Positions 35,729 through 47,629 of a DNA stretch of 64,000 nucleotides are shown here, one piece after another; position 1 is the stretch's first letter, and each line of letters begins with the position of its first letter. The notes beneath the pieces are model-generated. The model did not search any database. It saw only the letters and a list, made by a program, of their open reading frames with translations, and was not told the DNA's origin. Origin of the DNA: Marsupella aquatica (taxonomy: Eukaryota; Plantae; Marchantiophyta); the NCBI GenBank assembly GCA_973895155.1, contig OZ316895.1:18671880-18735879 (forward strand), in the 5' to 3' direction. Both the position numbers and the translations under genes were made by a program.

Positions 35729-37944
35729 TGTAGAGTAGGGTTTAAGGAAATATGAACTACTTTCCTCTTAAACAACCAGAATTCGTTCCCGTTAAGAGCT
35801 TGTGAAACCTAAAAGATTGTATTAATATACTTTAAGATAGTTAAGCTAACCTATCTCAGATTTTAAGCCTTTACCGACATGCTTAGGTCAGGTGGAAGGA
35901 GTTTTTAATACATCCTCAGGTATTGTGATGTTTGCATCATCAACAGTGCAATAATTAATTCTAAAACTATAACAAAACAACCAAAAGCCGGAGGCGTAAA
36001 GAGAGGATTAGGCGAGCCTTAAATGTCTCATCTCCTCTCACCACTTAGCAATCTATGACTAAGTTAGGCACGATTAAGAGTCAACAGAGAGTCTGACTAA
36101 ATTAGGCTGATGCCTAAAGCTAATCCTTAAAGCCAACCATATCTAAGAATTTGTAAAAGATGTATATAAGATAGCCCGTATTAACTTTCTGACCTATGTC
36201 AAGGCAAAGGTGGTACTGATTACTCCGAACTAACTTATTCTTCTATTCAATCCTTCAGATTGCTCTTTTAGGACTACGCAATTTATGAGTTCTCGTATGG
36301 TGCTTCTTCCACTAATACTTAATAAGCCATAAGTATTCCATAGTCAACATGAATCTTTAGACCTTTGCATGGTCTCAGGCATGCATTTCCAGTCAGCCTA
36401 AAGGTTAACTATGACATTGCTAGTCACTTTCCATAGATTTTCTAGCAAGAATGGTCACACACTAATGTCCAAACACAAAGCATAGATCACCAAAATTATG
36501 AATCTATTACTTCTCTTTAAAGAAGGAGACTTTCACAAGTGAAATGCAAGTCTGAGTAAAATGGTGGAAACTTTCCCTCTTATACTTAGGGACAAGTCTC
36601 CTCTAAACAAAAGTTGAAGAGGTATGCCCCTTCAATTCCTAACTTGAGTGTAAAAGTAAAAAATAATGCTAAGGTCTGAAACTAGACTATGAGATAAAGC
36701 TCTCAGCAAAAATTCAAAGTCTAATTCTTCCTATACTAAGTTTTATAGGGCTTCAAACACGAAACCGGATCAAAAACCGGGTGGGAAACCGGATGGGAAG
36801 CCGGTTCAACTTTTGGATGGAATAACTTTTTACTCTTCAGGAGTTGAAGTGTCAGGTTTCACCGATGTGGAGTCTACTACTGGATCAATGGAGTTGAGAG
36901 GATTCGGCATGAAAGTGACACCTCCAAAGGTAGTAGTAAGATAGGAAGCAAGTAGTACATTTCTTGGTTTCAAAGTGAAAGGTTTCCAAAAATGAGGTCT
37001 TGAGATAATGTCCATTGGTGTAAGTAAAATGTAGGAGTGCCAGAGTAATAAGAATTTGACTATCGAGTCTCTCCATCTTCCAATGAATGGGTATATCTTT
37101 TCATAGTATCTTTTCATACTTATCCAACCATTTTGATTGGTTAAGGTCTTTAGCCATGGATCATGCTTCCTATTGGTCCAAAGTCAGACATCTTGAAGGT
37201 CAAATGGTGTGAAAACAACGCTTCAAATCTTCATTCCATTATTTGTCCGAAAATCTCGGATATCTCTTGGTTGCACCGGTTGGAGTCTCATAATATTAAG
37301 TGGGTCATTTCGAGTCCATTTTCAGACTTCTTTATATATATCTTAACCGCGTCGGAAAGAGCTTTCCAACACACTTTACAGATCTTGATTTGGATAAATG
37401 GTTTGAGAGTTATGGTAATTTTTCTACCAGATGGTATGTCCAAACCGGATCAAAAACCGGCTCAAAAATCGGATGGAAACCGGCTCAAATTCCGGATGGA
37501 ATAACTCCTCAATTTCCATCACTTAGTTGGTATAATTTTTTCCATGAACTAGTGGAAGGTGGGGTAACACAACCTTGATAAAAGATTGAGCTACTTGTTG
37601 CTGAAATGCACTCTTTAATTCACCTTAGAATTAGCCGTCTAACTCAAATTTGTGAAAAGTTGGACCTCAATTCCAAAGTTAAACCTTTGCTTGAGGGGTT
37701 GAAGTAGGTCTCTCCTCGCTATCAGATTTTCCCAATACCAATCCATTTATGGTTTTATTCCTCTTTCACTTATTGAGTCGGATGAGGGACCATAACATCT
37801 TTATATGCACCTTGGCATGATTCAAGCTTAATATACTCACAGATGCTTAAATAGTCATTCAAGGTCCTCAACATGGTCATTGAAAACTATTTTTTTCACA
37901 TAAGATAACTTTTCTATCCTTAAGGGCTTAACCCCTCTATTACA
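35729..37944. repeat. Family E solo LTR, 2216 bp, AT-rich
   Basis: TGTAGAGTAGGGTTTAAG...CTTAACCCCTCTATTACA; perfect TSD ATTGC; excision restores KLIA-LSRDFLWG. Confidence 0.9.
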
Positions 37945-38609
37945 ATTGCTCTTAGTAGAGATTTCTTATGGGGGTACAACGCCACAGGGGGAAAGAAGAA
38001 CCCCTTGGTGGCCTGGGACAGGATGGCACTTCCTCGGGTGGAGGGGGGCCTGGGGTTTAAAGACTTTAGAAGCCACTCCGACGCCCTGCTCTCCCAATGG
38101 TTTACAAAGGCACTGAATTCACCGGACCTGGAATGGTCTAGAATGCTAGCTGCAAACCTTGCTCTAATGGGATGGATGAATTACAAACTTATCAGAAGGA
38201 ACCAATAATCTTTTCAAGACCAGCTTCTATTGTGCACACCAAGGTCATATGGAAGCCTACCATACATGAGTGGGCTATGGAGGAGCTGGGCGATGGTCAA
38301 AGCACACCTCTCATTTGAGCCTGGCAGGTTGGGGGCACCGGCGAGATGGAGTATCTACGACACCCTGCATTGCTTGGTAGGATTTCACTCTCTTTCAAAT
38401 GAAGACATTACAGGTGTTGCTGCCATTTGTGGAAGATTACTTCTTGCGTGAGCTGGGTCTTCCAATTGGACAAGGGCTGATGACTCTGCTGGATTCTGCA
38501 TCTGGGAAGGACCCGGTGTAGATTGCCAAGTTATTTGTATTGCACCAAATTTTATGGATGTTTTGGTTGGGCTGGAACTCCCACATGTTCCAAGTAGGCG
38601 GTAGACGTT

Positions 38610-39799
38610 CTTTTCCTTGAAAGGGGGTTTTTATAAAATAAAATAAGCCACAAAAACCCCACGGCGGGGGGGGGGGAAGCAAACAGGGAATGTTCCATCA
38701 CAGATAGAATACAATACACATCCCGGCAGGGGTGGTTGTCAAAATCTATGGTCCCATAGAACCGCCTCATCAATCCTATATACAGTGCCATTCCAAGCAT
38801 AAGGAGCAATCTCCCTGATGCTCAGTCTCCCTTGTGCTATTACCAGCATAATCTCCTGAACTTTGTTCTAAGCCTGGTCCCTATGTCTCTGAAAGTGAAC
38901 AATCCTAAAGTCATTTCTATAGTTTAATCTCAGCAGTTCAGCGTTCAGCCAATCCCTTGCTCTTTGCAGTCTGTCATACTTCCTACCCTGAGGGTAACGT
39001 CTGCTGACAGCAAACAGGTTGGAAACAGTTTCTGAAAGCACAAGCTAGTTTAAAATCAAAAGCACGCTTATTTAGTTTTTTGAAAACCTGTTCATTCCGT
39101 GCTAGCCAGAGAGCCCACAATAGCTGATATGTGAGAAATAGTGTGGGTATGTGCTCGTCCGACGGAAGCCTCCAATAGATCCAGAAGACCGTGTCCATAA
39201 CTAAACAAAAAGCCCTGATCCACTTCAAGCCCAAAACTCCAACATGTGGACGCAAATGGACAATGAAAGAAAAGGTGGGGGATCGTCTCCAGGTGTTCCA
39301 AGCAAAAAGAGCAGATCCCTGGGTCCGCCCCGATGGTAAGAGCTCGAGAGCCCATGAAGAGACCTCCCACAATTATTCTCCAGATGAAAGTTTTAGCCCT
39401 TGTAAAAAGATCAGATCGCCATAGATTTGCCCAGCATTTCATCCATTGTGTCTCCGTGTACTCTGAGCCCCATATCCTATTCCATCTCTGATAATCAGCC
39501 CCTTTTGGCCTCAGCATCTGGTAAATGCAATGATTGGGTATTTTAAAATACGTCGAAGACCTCTGATCATCAGCCCAACGCCACATTCTTGCACCTGGTT
39601 TGTATCCCCAGTCACAGTTGGCTTGGTCCCGTATCTTTTGAAGAAAGAGCCTGTTGCGGTCCCGGCAAGCCAGGTCAAACCCACGTAGTCTGTGCCACCT
39701 TTCTGTTAAAGATCTCTAGGAGTGGGTTGCCTCATCCCACAGGTCCATAATAGCCTTAATTCCAAGCTTCCCAAGTAGCTTCGTAGTAATTTCCATATG
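38610..39799 (-). mobile_element. 5'-truncated L1-clade LINE inserted antisense into the first LINE
   Basis: zf-RVT motif KTFIWR..CSFCLEHLETIPHLFFHC and LWALWLARN; flanked by GACGTT (38604-38609 and 39800-39805); same 3' terminal motif as the host LINE. Confidence 0.85.
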
Positions 39800-40263
39800 G
39801 ACGTTTGCTTGATTTAGGTATGGTGCTTTCTGAGACAGCGGAGAGCCTGTATGCGGTAAGCAGATGCTTGCCCCCTGGTAGGGAAAACACCCGTTTGCTC
39901 AGGGCTAAAGATAGGATGGATGGCCTGTGTAGATTATGGCTCAGCTGTGGTGGGGGTTGTATTTTCTCAGGGGATTGACCCCGTCTGCACTTACTAGCTT
40001 CTTGCTTAGGGCCCTCCTCACATTTTCCACACTGGGGGATTTGGGCCATTTTTGGGGCTTTGGGTACTTTGATCTTGCGGTGGCGCACCCCTTGGAGGAA
40101 TCCTTTGCTCTCTCCTGGTCTAGGAGGGACTGGTGTGGCTGGGGGGCTGCTTTCTCTGTCCCCTTGGGTGTGTGTTCGTGTTTGCCATGTGGCTTGTTTT
40201 CCCCGTCCGTGGGGTTTTTTGCGGGCTTAAAAAACATTTATAAAAAATCAATTTCAAGGAAAA

Positions 40264-40615
40264 GGATTAAGAGAAACAAGCGTACTGAAATTGAATCAAA
40301 AATCGGCGGGATGCCAAGATCGGCCGGGAGCATCTAACAAATCATTGTGTGAATCCCGTGTACGGAACCGACGAGCACTATCTAAGCTCTGTCAACATCG
40401 ATTCAAGAAGAACTGAAAACCAATAACGAAAGACATGCCCTAAGTAAACAAAGTCCCGGCGTCACACTAACAAGCGTGTTTGCTTCAAGAATGCCTGGAA
40501 TTTGCTATAAGAACATGTTGCTAACTCAAGTAGTACACTAGCCCTAACTACATACCTAGCGGGCATGCAAGGAACATGCCGATGTGCATAAGAGGCACTG
40601 TCCCTCGGCATGACA
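40264..40615. repeat. Two probable stacked LTR termini (CGGCGTCACA at 40466, GGCATGACA at 40615)
   Basis: CA-ending motifs; the first is the reverse complement of the family C start TGTGACGCCG. CACTA coding sequence begins abruptly at 40616. Confidence 0.4.
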
Positions 40616-41672
40616 TATGTCATCTAGTGGATGAGGTAGCCATTATTGGTCCAATGCATGCGCGGTGGATATATTGGGTAGAGCAATTTATGAAAGTGCT
40701 CAAGTCTTGGGTGCACCAACCCGCTCGACCAAAGGGAAGTATGGCAACAGGGTATATTATGTCGGAGTGCCTATTCTACTCAAGCAAAGTGATAGGGAGT
40801 TTGGACACACAGGCTCCCACAGCTTGGGAAGAGGCACAAGATGATGACAATGGTGGGTTGCGAGTGATGGGCGCGTCAAAGAAGTGATCATTACATGGAG
40901 ACATTTTTGTCGATAGATCCACAGTTATGTGCTGGAAAACCACACCGAGATGTCAAATTGGAGAGAGTTGTATAGGTAGGGACGTAATCCTTCATGTTGA
41001 GTCCTACTAAGATTTAAAAAATTAATGTACATTCAGGGTTGTAGGCACAAATTAAGGTCTTATGTATTTGTGACCCCGTACTTGCAGGGCATGGGTGGAG
41101 CAGCAGCTGATAGGGGCAACACGAGAGCGTGTTCATGCATCATTTTTCATATGGGCATTGGAGCACATGGAGGGGCTCCTTGCAGTGCATGGCCCTACAT
41201 TCATTCCATTGATGTACAAAACATCATTAGGGGGCCTTTGATGTGGGCTATGACTCATACTCACATGTATGAGTCAGGGCACCACTTTCGGACTTGGAGG
41301 ACAGACCATATGAAGAAGAGTACTTGTAACTCTTGAGTATATATGGTGACCAATGTAGGTGATGCTGGCCTTATTGTGGCATTGTCTTGGATATTTTGGA
41401 TGTTAATTTTGGCTCGTTTACCACCACAGTGTTAGAGGTGAGGTGGCACAAGTCCATCATGTCACCTCCAGCAAGAGCTACCATGGTGAAGGATGAGTGT
41501 GGATTTTATCGTGTGGACTGAGTTTAGTGACACTATAGTTTTTCCTAGCCAAGTGGATCAATGCATTATGGTTCCAATGCACACCATGGGAGGATGGTCC
41601 ATTGTGATTCCCATCTTTCCACGTCGTAGGAAGGACTTCATGCCATCAGCTATTGAAGACAATGAGGATTGA
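40616..41672 (+). pseudogene. CACTA/EnSpm transposase (TnpD) C-terminal fragment, DUF4218/DUF4216-like
   Basis: HLVDEVAIIGPMHARWIYWVEQFMKVLKSWV..PKGSMATGY; later GHHFRT, KDECGF, IVFPSQV; probable GT-AG intron at about 40976-41087. Confidence 0.85.
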
Positions 41673-42559
41673 CATGATAGACTCACTATCCACATTTGTA
41701 TTGACTGTTGTCACAGTTTGCATATAAACAGACATATTTCATGGCCTAGGCAACTGTCAATTTGGAGAGTGGGATGGGCTTGTTAATCACGTGGTAAAGA
41801 AACAAGTAACAACCATACGTTTATGCACATGATCCCTCGGCCTTCTACTACAAGGGATACCGGTCATTAACATTGTCCTTCCAATTTTACGTCGCTGAAC
41901 AATTGTGTCTAACATCGTTTATAGCTACGCACATTCAACATAACACTCTGCAACGTCATGTACTGAACCATTAGCCAATGTTATAACTCCTTTGACGTTA
42001 TTCTATACTATGTAACCCAGTCAATGTCGTACTTTAATGATGTATGGCGCGACAAAAGTTGGTTACCACAAGTAGAACGGCATTAATAATTTAGATACGA
42101 TGTTTCAAACAACGTAACAAATTCGCTTTGACATTAATCACAGGAAAAAGATGCAACATTCAAACCACACAATTGTTGCAACAAATAACATTCATGGATG
42201 TGTTTATTGCTGCACATAGACCAAATAGAGATACACAATAGCTCTACCATCCTTTCTACTGCAAATATAGCCTACATGAGTACGTCATGGTCATCCCTCT
42301 ACAACCTCCCTCCAGACTGATGTTGATTAAGGAGTCCCTTCTCCAAACCAGTAGTACTCCTCGTCCGCTTTCCTCTTGTTGTACGAAGCACGCCTTTGGC
42401 TGGCATTCCAATTCTCCGGACAACAACTTCACCGGCCTATAGCCTTTGAGCCTCCACCTTGGCTGCACAACTTTCCTTGTAATCAAACATAGCAATCTGA
42501 AGTTTAGTGGGTGACAACTCACATTTAGACAAGGTGGGAGGGTAGGCCTCACCATCATC

Positions 42560-42880
42560 GTCCTCGGGCAAATCTTCCAGACCACGATCACTGCTCGGAT
42601 GCAACAAGAACTCTCTTGGGTCCAAGTGCTTGTTGGCAATAATGGACCACTCTACCCACCGAGTAGAGATGAAATGCACGGTTTCAGCAAAAAGCCAGAA
42701 TAGTCACTGAAATGCTCCACAACCTGTTTCCACGGATTTGCAATCAAGAAATTGGTCTGTGAGGTACATAGCTTGTCAACAAGCCCTCCATGGCAAAAGA
42801 ACCCTTGAACCATCTTCTCCTCCTCACCAAGTGGGAGAAAACAACAATGCACATTTGCAAAGAACTTCTGCACCATAGTT
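42560..42880 (-). pseudogene. BRCT-like domain remnant
   Basis: FFCHGGLVDKLCTSQTNFLIA, then after a frameshift HFISTRWVEWSIIANKHLDPREFLL, matching the BRCT GG..ThlI..W..dsi..ld..yll pattern. Confidence 0.6.
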
Positions 42881-43319
42881 GAACACTTTGCCTCCCACGG
42901 TTCAACTTCTCTACACTGAGGACCTTGGATGTCTTCACTCGGAAATGCTGGCTATAGGGAGCCTCCCGCCTATAGTTCAGTCTATCCCCAGCTAATCTGT
43001 GGACTTAACATCGTCTCTCCCGATAAACTTAAGAACGTTGTCCTATACTACGTTATTAATTATGTTGTATGGGGCCAGATAAGTTACCATGTCTAGTAAG
43101 ATGTAATATGAGGTACATTGTACAATGCAAGGTTAATTACTATGCATTCAATGACATAGATTTAACGTCATAGAAAGCAATGTTATCTGCTCCCGTTGGA
43201 TCTTCGGATGACATCCGACTACCATCCAAAGATTAACAACATCTAGTCCAACGTTAATCCAAGGAACATAATTTTGGGTTAGATTAAACCTGGTCCCAAC
43301 ATGCAAAAATGTAGTTGTG

Positions 43320-44060
43320 ATATGTCCAACCTGAGGGTAAATACCTGCACGCATTGCGATCCAAATTGTAAATTTATCCACCGATAATGTCTTGATGACT
43401 ACAGGAAACACAAAAGTAGCCCCAGGCGCTAACAAAAAAGAAGTGACAAAATAATATGTACCTGGATATCAGTCTTTGATCTGTACATGGGCACTAACGT
43501 TACAACATTGTGAGAATTGACACAATGGAACTTTTTTAACTGTTGGCATGCTGCAATGACCTACAAAACCCGGTCGTGGTCATCTAAATACAAGATTGCA
43601 AGCATGCCATCATTAGAAAGGAAAGGGTCCATTGCGCAAAAAAATGCACTAGGAACTGTGTGGTCTAGTACATTCCACTTTGGAACCTGACGGTCCATGA
43701 GCATAGGTTTTAGTCCAGTAGGAAGATAAATGAATCCCGCGTTGACTCCAAATGATCTTTCCTTTCCTCCTTTGATGACTCCTTTTTCTCAGGAACCCGA
43801 CTTGATTAAGTCCTTTCTCCACTTCTCAGCATCTGTCACCCACTCTGGTTTCTCTTCTTTGTTGAAAGCACTTTCAATAAATTCTTGTATGCTTGTTTCC
43901 ACCATGCAATGCCTAAGTGAAGATTTACTCTTGAAGTTTCCCACATCTCTCTGGAGACCGGTTCTAGCAGCATTATCCCGGGAAGATTCTCCTACTTGAA
44001 TGGCCCTTTTCTTCTTCTTCTTTGTACTTGTTGCATCTAGAGGACAATCTCTTTTGCTTT
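43320..44060 (-). pseudogene. Second, partial copy of the methyltransferase-like domain (tandem duplication)
   Basis: DATSTKKKKKR..GKERSFGVNAGFIYLPTGL..VPKWN..MDPFLSNDG; same intron position before (M/V)FTLRLDI; similarity is lost after about 43320. Confidence 0.8.
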
Positions 44061-44089
44061 CTCCACGGGAGTGACAAGGTCTGATTGGG

Positions 44090-45181
44090 GGTTTCAATAA
44101 AGTCTTTTCTATGTTCTATCCCGAGTACAAACCGCCCGGAGAAATCTCCTGCAATGAAGGAGCTACCCGCCCCAGCGGTCCAATCCATAAAAGTATCACG
44201 AGGTCGGGTGACAAGCTCGATGATAGATTGCATAAACCCAACAAACAGACAAGCATTTCCAGCAAACTCCATTTGTGGGAATGGATCGGATTTGAGAGAA
44301 GGGAGTCCAATCAAATTGGTGATCAAGGGGTCTTCACTGATGAAGAGTGGACGGAATTTAGGGTCTTTGGGACTTTTACATTTTCCATTAATTTGACCAA
44401 ATATGTCCAACCTAAGGGTAAACATCTGCGGAAAACAATCCAAAGTGTCAGTTGGCAACTCTAGGTTACACGATAGATAACTCAAAACAGGAAAGAGTAA
44501 AGAATAGATAATTACCTGACGGTCTATCTTTGCCGCATACATGGGGACAGACATTACAACATTATGCGTGCATATACATTGGAATCTTCTCGACTCCTGA
44601 CAGGCAACAATGACTTGAGACATGGGATCGTACTCCCCATTGTGTAGAATTGCAAGGAACCCATCATCTGATAAAAATGGATCCATGGATTTGAAAAAAG
44701 TTCTAGCCATGGAGTGATCTGGAATGTTCCATTTAGGAACCTTCTTATCAAGGATTGTTGGTTTGAACCCAGTTGAAAGGTAAATGAAGCCCACATCCAC
44801 TCCAAACGATCTTTCTTTTCCACCCCTCACAACACCCTTCTCTTTTTTTCCCGACTTAACGAGATCCTTCCCCCACTTCTCCACATTACTAACCCATTCA
44901 GGTTTTTCCTCCTTGTTGAAAGTTGAGTCAAAGAATTCAAATAGCCTTGACTCAACCATACAATGCCAAGACATTGTACTCTTGAAGTTTCCAACTTCAC
45001 GTTGGAGACCAGTTTCTGCAACACTCTCCCTTGAAGAAGGTCCACCTTCGATAACTCTCTTTTGTTTCTTCCTGGTACTTGTGGCGTCGACTGGAACTAT
45101 TACCTTCCCTTTGTCGATAGGAGTAATGGGGTCCGATCGAGCTCCCGTGTTTGCTTCAAAAACTTCAGATGTAGCATCCAC
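44090..45181 (-). pseudogene. Beta-class N4C/N6A DNA methyltransferase-like domain
   Basis: C-terminal SAM-binding block FMQSIIELVTRPRDTFMDWTAGAGSSFIAGDFSGRFVLGIE; N-terminal block FIYLSTGF..VPKWN..FLSDDGFLAILH; 90-nt in-frame GT-AG intron at 44515-44426. Confidence 0.72.
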
Positions 45182-45395
45182 TTTAGTATCTCCTATTCCC
45201 GCAGTATTAGACTTCCTCCCTCCTAAATCAATAGTACAAGGTCATACTTGGAAGATGTAATTCCTGAGTATTGAAACACAGTAGCGCTAGGCGCTAACCA
45301 AATAAAAATCACTAAGTGCACTAGAATCGCACCAGAATCAAGAAAGAAATCTTAATTTGCAAGATAGTTTTAGCCAGCGCCAAGCGCTGGCCAAA

Positions 45396-47629
45396 TTATG
45401 GAAACAAATACTCACTTTTCCTCCCAGATTTAGTTGACTCGCTTGGTGCTGCTAACTTTGCTTTTGCTTTCGCTCGAGGTTTGCGACTGCGGTCTACATG
45501 AACAGTAGTTGTTTCACAGATACTTTGCAAGTCTGTGGCAGACTTGTCCACATTGTCTAGCAGGCCCTGCTTCATGTCGAACACAATTTTTGCTGGAATG
45601 TGGGACTTTGAAAGCTTATGGAATGCATCCTTCTCCCTTTGATCAAAAGGCGAATCCCATCTATCTGTATGTAGATGTACCATGGGCAGTGAGTTCTCTC
45701 CCATTCTTTCATAGGTCTCGGAGGAAATATGCCCTCCGATGGGTACATGGAATACAAATCAGCTATGGCATCATCCTCATTTATTGTAATCCACTTCATG
45801 AAAGCTGCAGGATATGCCCAGAAGTAATCACGTTTGGTTACCTCCATGTGCATGTAGAACCTATACAGATACCTTTTAGCCCGCTTCTGGTTTTTCTAGG
45901 TGTAGTCTTCTTTGTCTAGATACTTTGAAAGCCACATAGTGTGAAAGAACTTACTCTTCACAGAATCACCATATCTCTTGAACTCATTTGTAACAAAATG
46001 AACGAGATCATCAAACAAACCACAATTCCACTCTTCTAATCGAGTTGCGGGCATGGTTTGCTCTACTTCACGCAGACACAAATGTAACATGCCGACAACA
46101 ATTCCCTCCACACTATTCCAAGTGATCCAAGTGTGACACCATTGTTTCACTAGGTTGTCATTAACACTTGCTGGGTGGAAAAATTGCCTCCGAAGCTCAG
46201 GATTGCAATGTGCCACAAGTAGGGTGCTCCATAACTTTGGGTCTAGTGCAAAAACCGCAGTGAACAATCGGGCGTGGTCCATTGTACATACGACGGTGTC
46301 GGGCTTCTTCTCTCTCTTGTTTCTCTCTATGACAACATACATTTATGCACATGTACTAAGGAAATCTTCAAATTCAGGACTTAACAAGGGCGTAATTTTG
46401 GAAGACTTCACAACCGAGTCTTTGGTTGCGTCCTTCATCATTATTGCATGCCATTTGGAAATCTTGTCCACCGACCAGGGGCTCCCTTGAGCCTTGGCTG
46501 CATCCATGTCAAGCTTGAATTGGTGCGAATAGGACTTTATCTTATTCTCACATAGAATGTAAACAAGAGCTTCTTGTGGCATCTTCTTCGTATACCATGA
46601 TCCCTTCCGAGTCTTCAGCCAAATGCTCTCAAACTTCTTGAAATTAGCTGGGTCAATCAGTTTACTGTAATACTCAAGGTCATGCGCCAAAATTCTTTTG
46701 ATTCTATCTGCATCTAGGATCCAGGAGGGCTCAACAACGGCTTGGCCAAGCCTACAAGAATAAACGCAGTTAGTTAGAGTCAAAGTACAATTGATCTATA
46801 ACCAGCGCCGGGCGCTCTTAAATCAAACACTCCTAAGATTCAAGGAAGGAACCGAAAAGTTACGAGAACTTATTGATTGACGGTGTGCATAGCTACCTCA
46901 ATTTCAATAAGAGATCCCTTGTCTCCCTTAAAAATTGCGCAGAGCACATGAGGATGGTATTTTGGATTGTCGAGGTTCTCCTTGGTAACAAGCGTCCATG
47001 AGTACAGATTGTGATTTCCATCAAAGACAGAGAACATCTTATCCTTCAACACGAGAAAATTTGGGTCGGCCTCACATTCAACCTCAAACTTCTCATTCTC
47101 CAATTGCCAGATTGGATCCCATGTATCACAAACTCCTGGGTACAGGCCAGAAGAATTTTGTTCTCGTCCGTTGGTTGCACATAGAAATGCATTCCTATGG
47201 ATGAATTGTAAGTAACCCATACTACAAAACGAGTCTTTGAGCTTCTCAATGGAAGAGTTGTCTTTCTGCAAAGTACAAACCACCTCCATGTGAACCAATC
47301 AACATAGAGGGATTCGAGGCGGCTCCTTGTCAAATCCACGAGAATCCTTCCCAAAAGATATGACACGCTTGGAGATGAGATCAGTCTCCGCGAGCGCGCA
47401 ATCTGCAACATCTTGGATCGCAAATGTGTCAAGGTTCTCCATCTTTCTGCGCAAAGGTTTTTGGAACCAAAACACCGCTAACAGAAGTAGGAGGCAACAA
47501 CTTTGTGGAACGAGTTACACGACGTGTATAAATTGAACCAGTAAACAAAGACTGCAAGGATTCAAAATAAGCTTGCTCCTGATCAAGAACTGCACTATAC
47601 CCTTTGGCCGAAGAGGGGAATACCTCCAT
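45396..47629 (-). pseudogene. ParB/Sulfiredoxin-like N-terminal domain and helical middle region of the same spliced gene
   Basis: RIPLC.LVHMEVV.TL..IEKLKDSF..GY..FYV..WDPIWQLENEKFE..KMFSVFDGNHNLYSW (DGxHR-type motif, R replaced by N); probable introns near 46870-46757 and 45400-45265. Confidence 0.68.

Larger units (their letters stand above)
33078..40263 (+). mobile_element. L1-clade LINE (end of ORF1, ORF2, 3' UTR), interrupted twice and internally deleted near 38440
   Basis: APE endonuclease ASWNVCGL, LQEVK, YAPN, GDFN, SRLD, SDHDPV; RT GVRQGCPLSPLLF, LFADD; FLWG..VAW..EGGLG; ends TTTCAAGGAAAA. Confidence 0.92.

Noticed and set aside
38440-39800. Twin-priming inversion of a single LINE
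   Set aside because: The minus segment has its own 3' end and a TSD, and duplicates C-terminal regions also present on the plus strand in diverged form, so it is a second element.
43148-43435. 95-aa ORF as an independent gene
   Set aside because: It runs through an inferred intron and out of frame across the VFTLRLDI exon.
42560-47629. Bacterial contamination as the source of the ParB-MTase gene
   Set aside because: It has GT-AG introns conserved between the duplicated domains and is contiguous with plant transposons.
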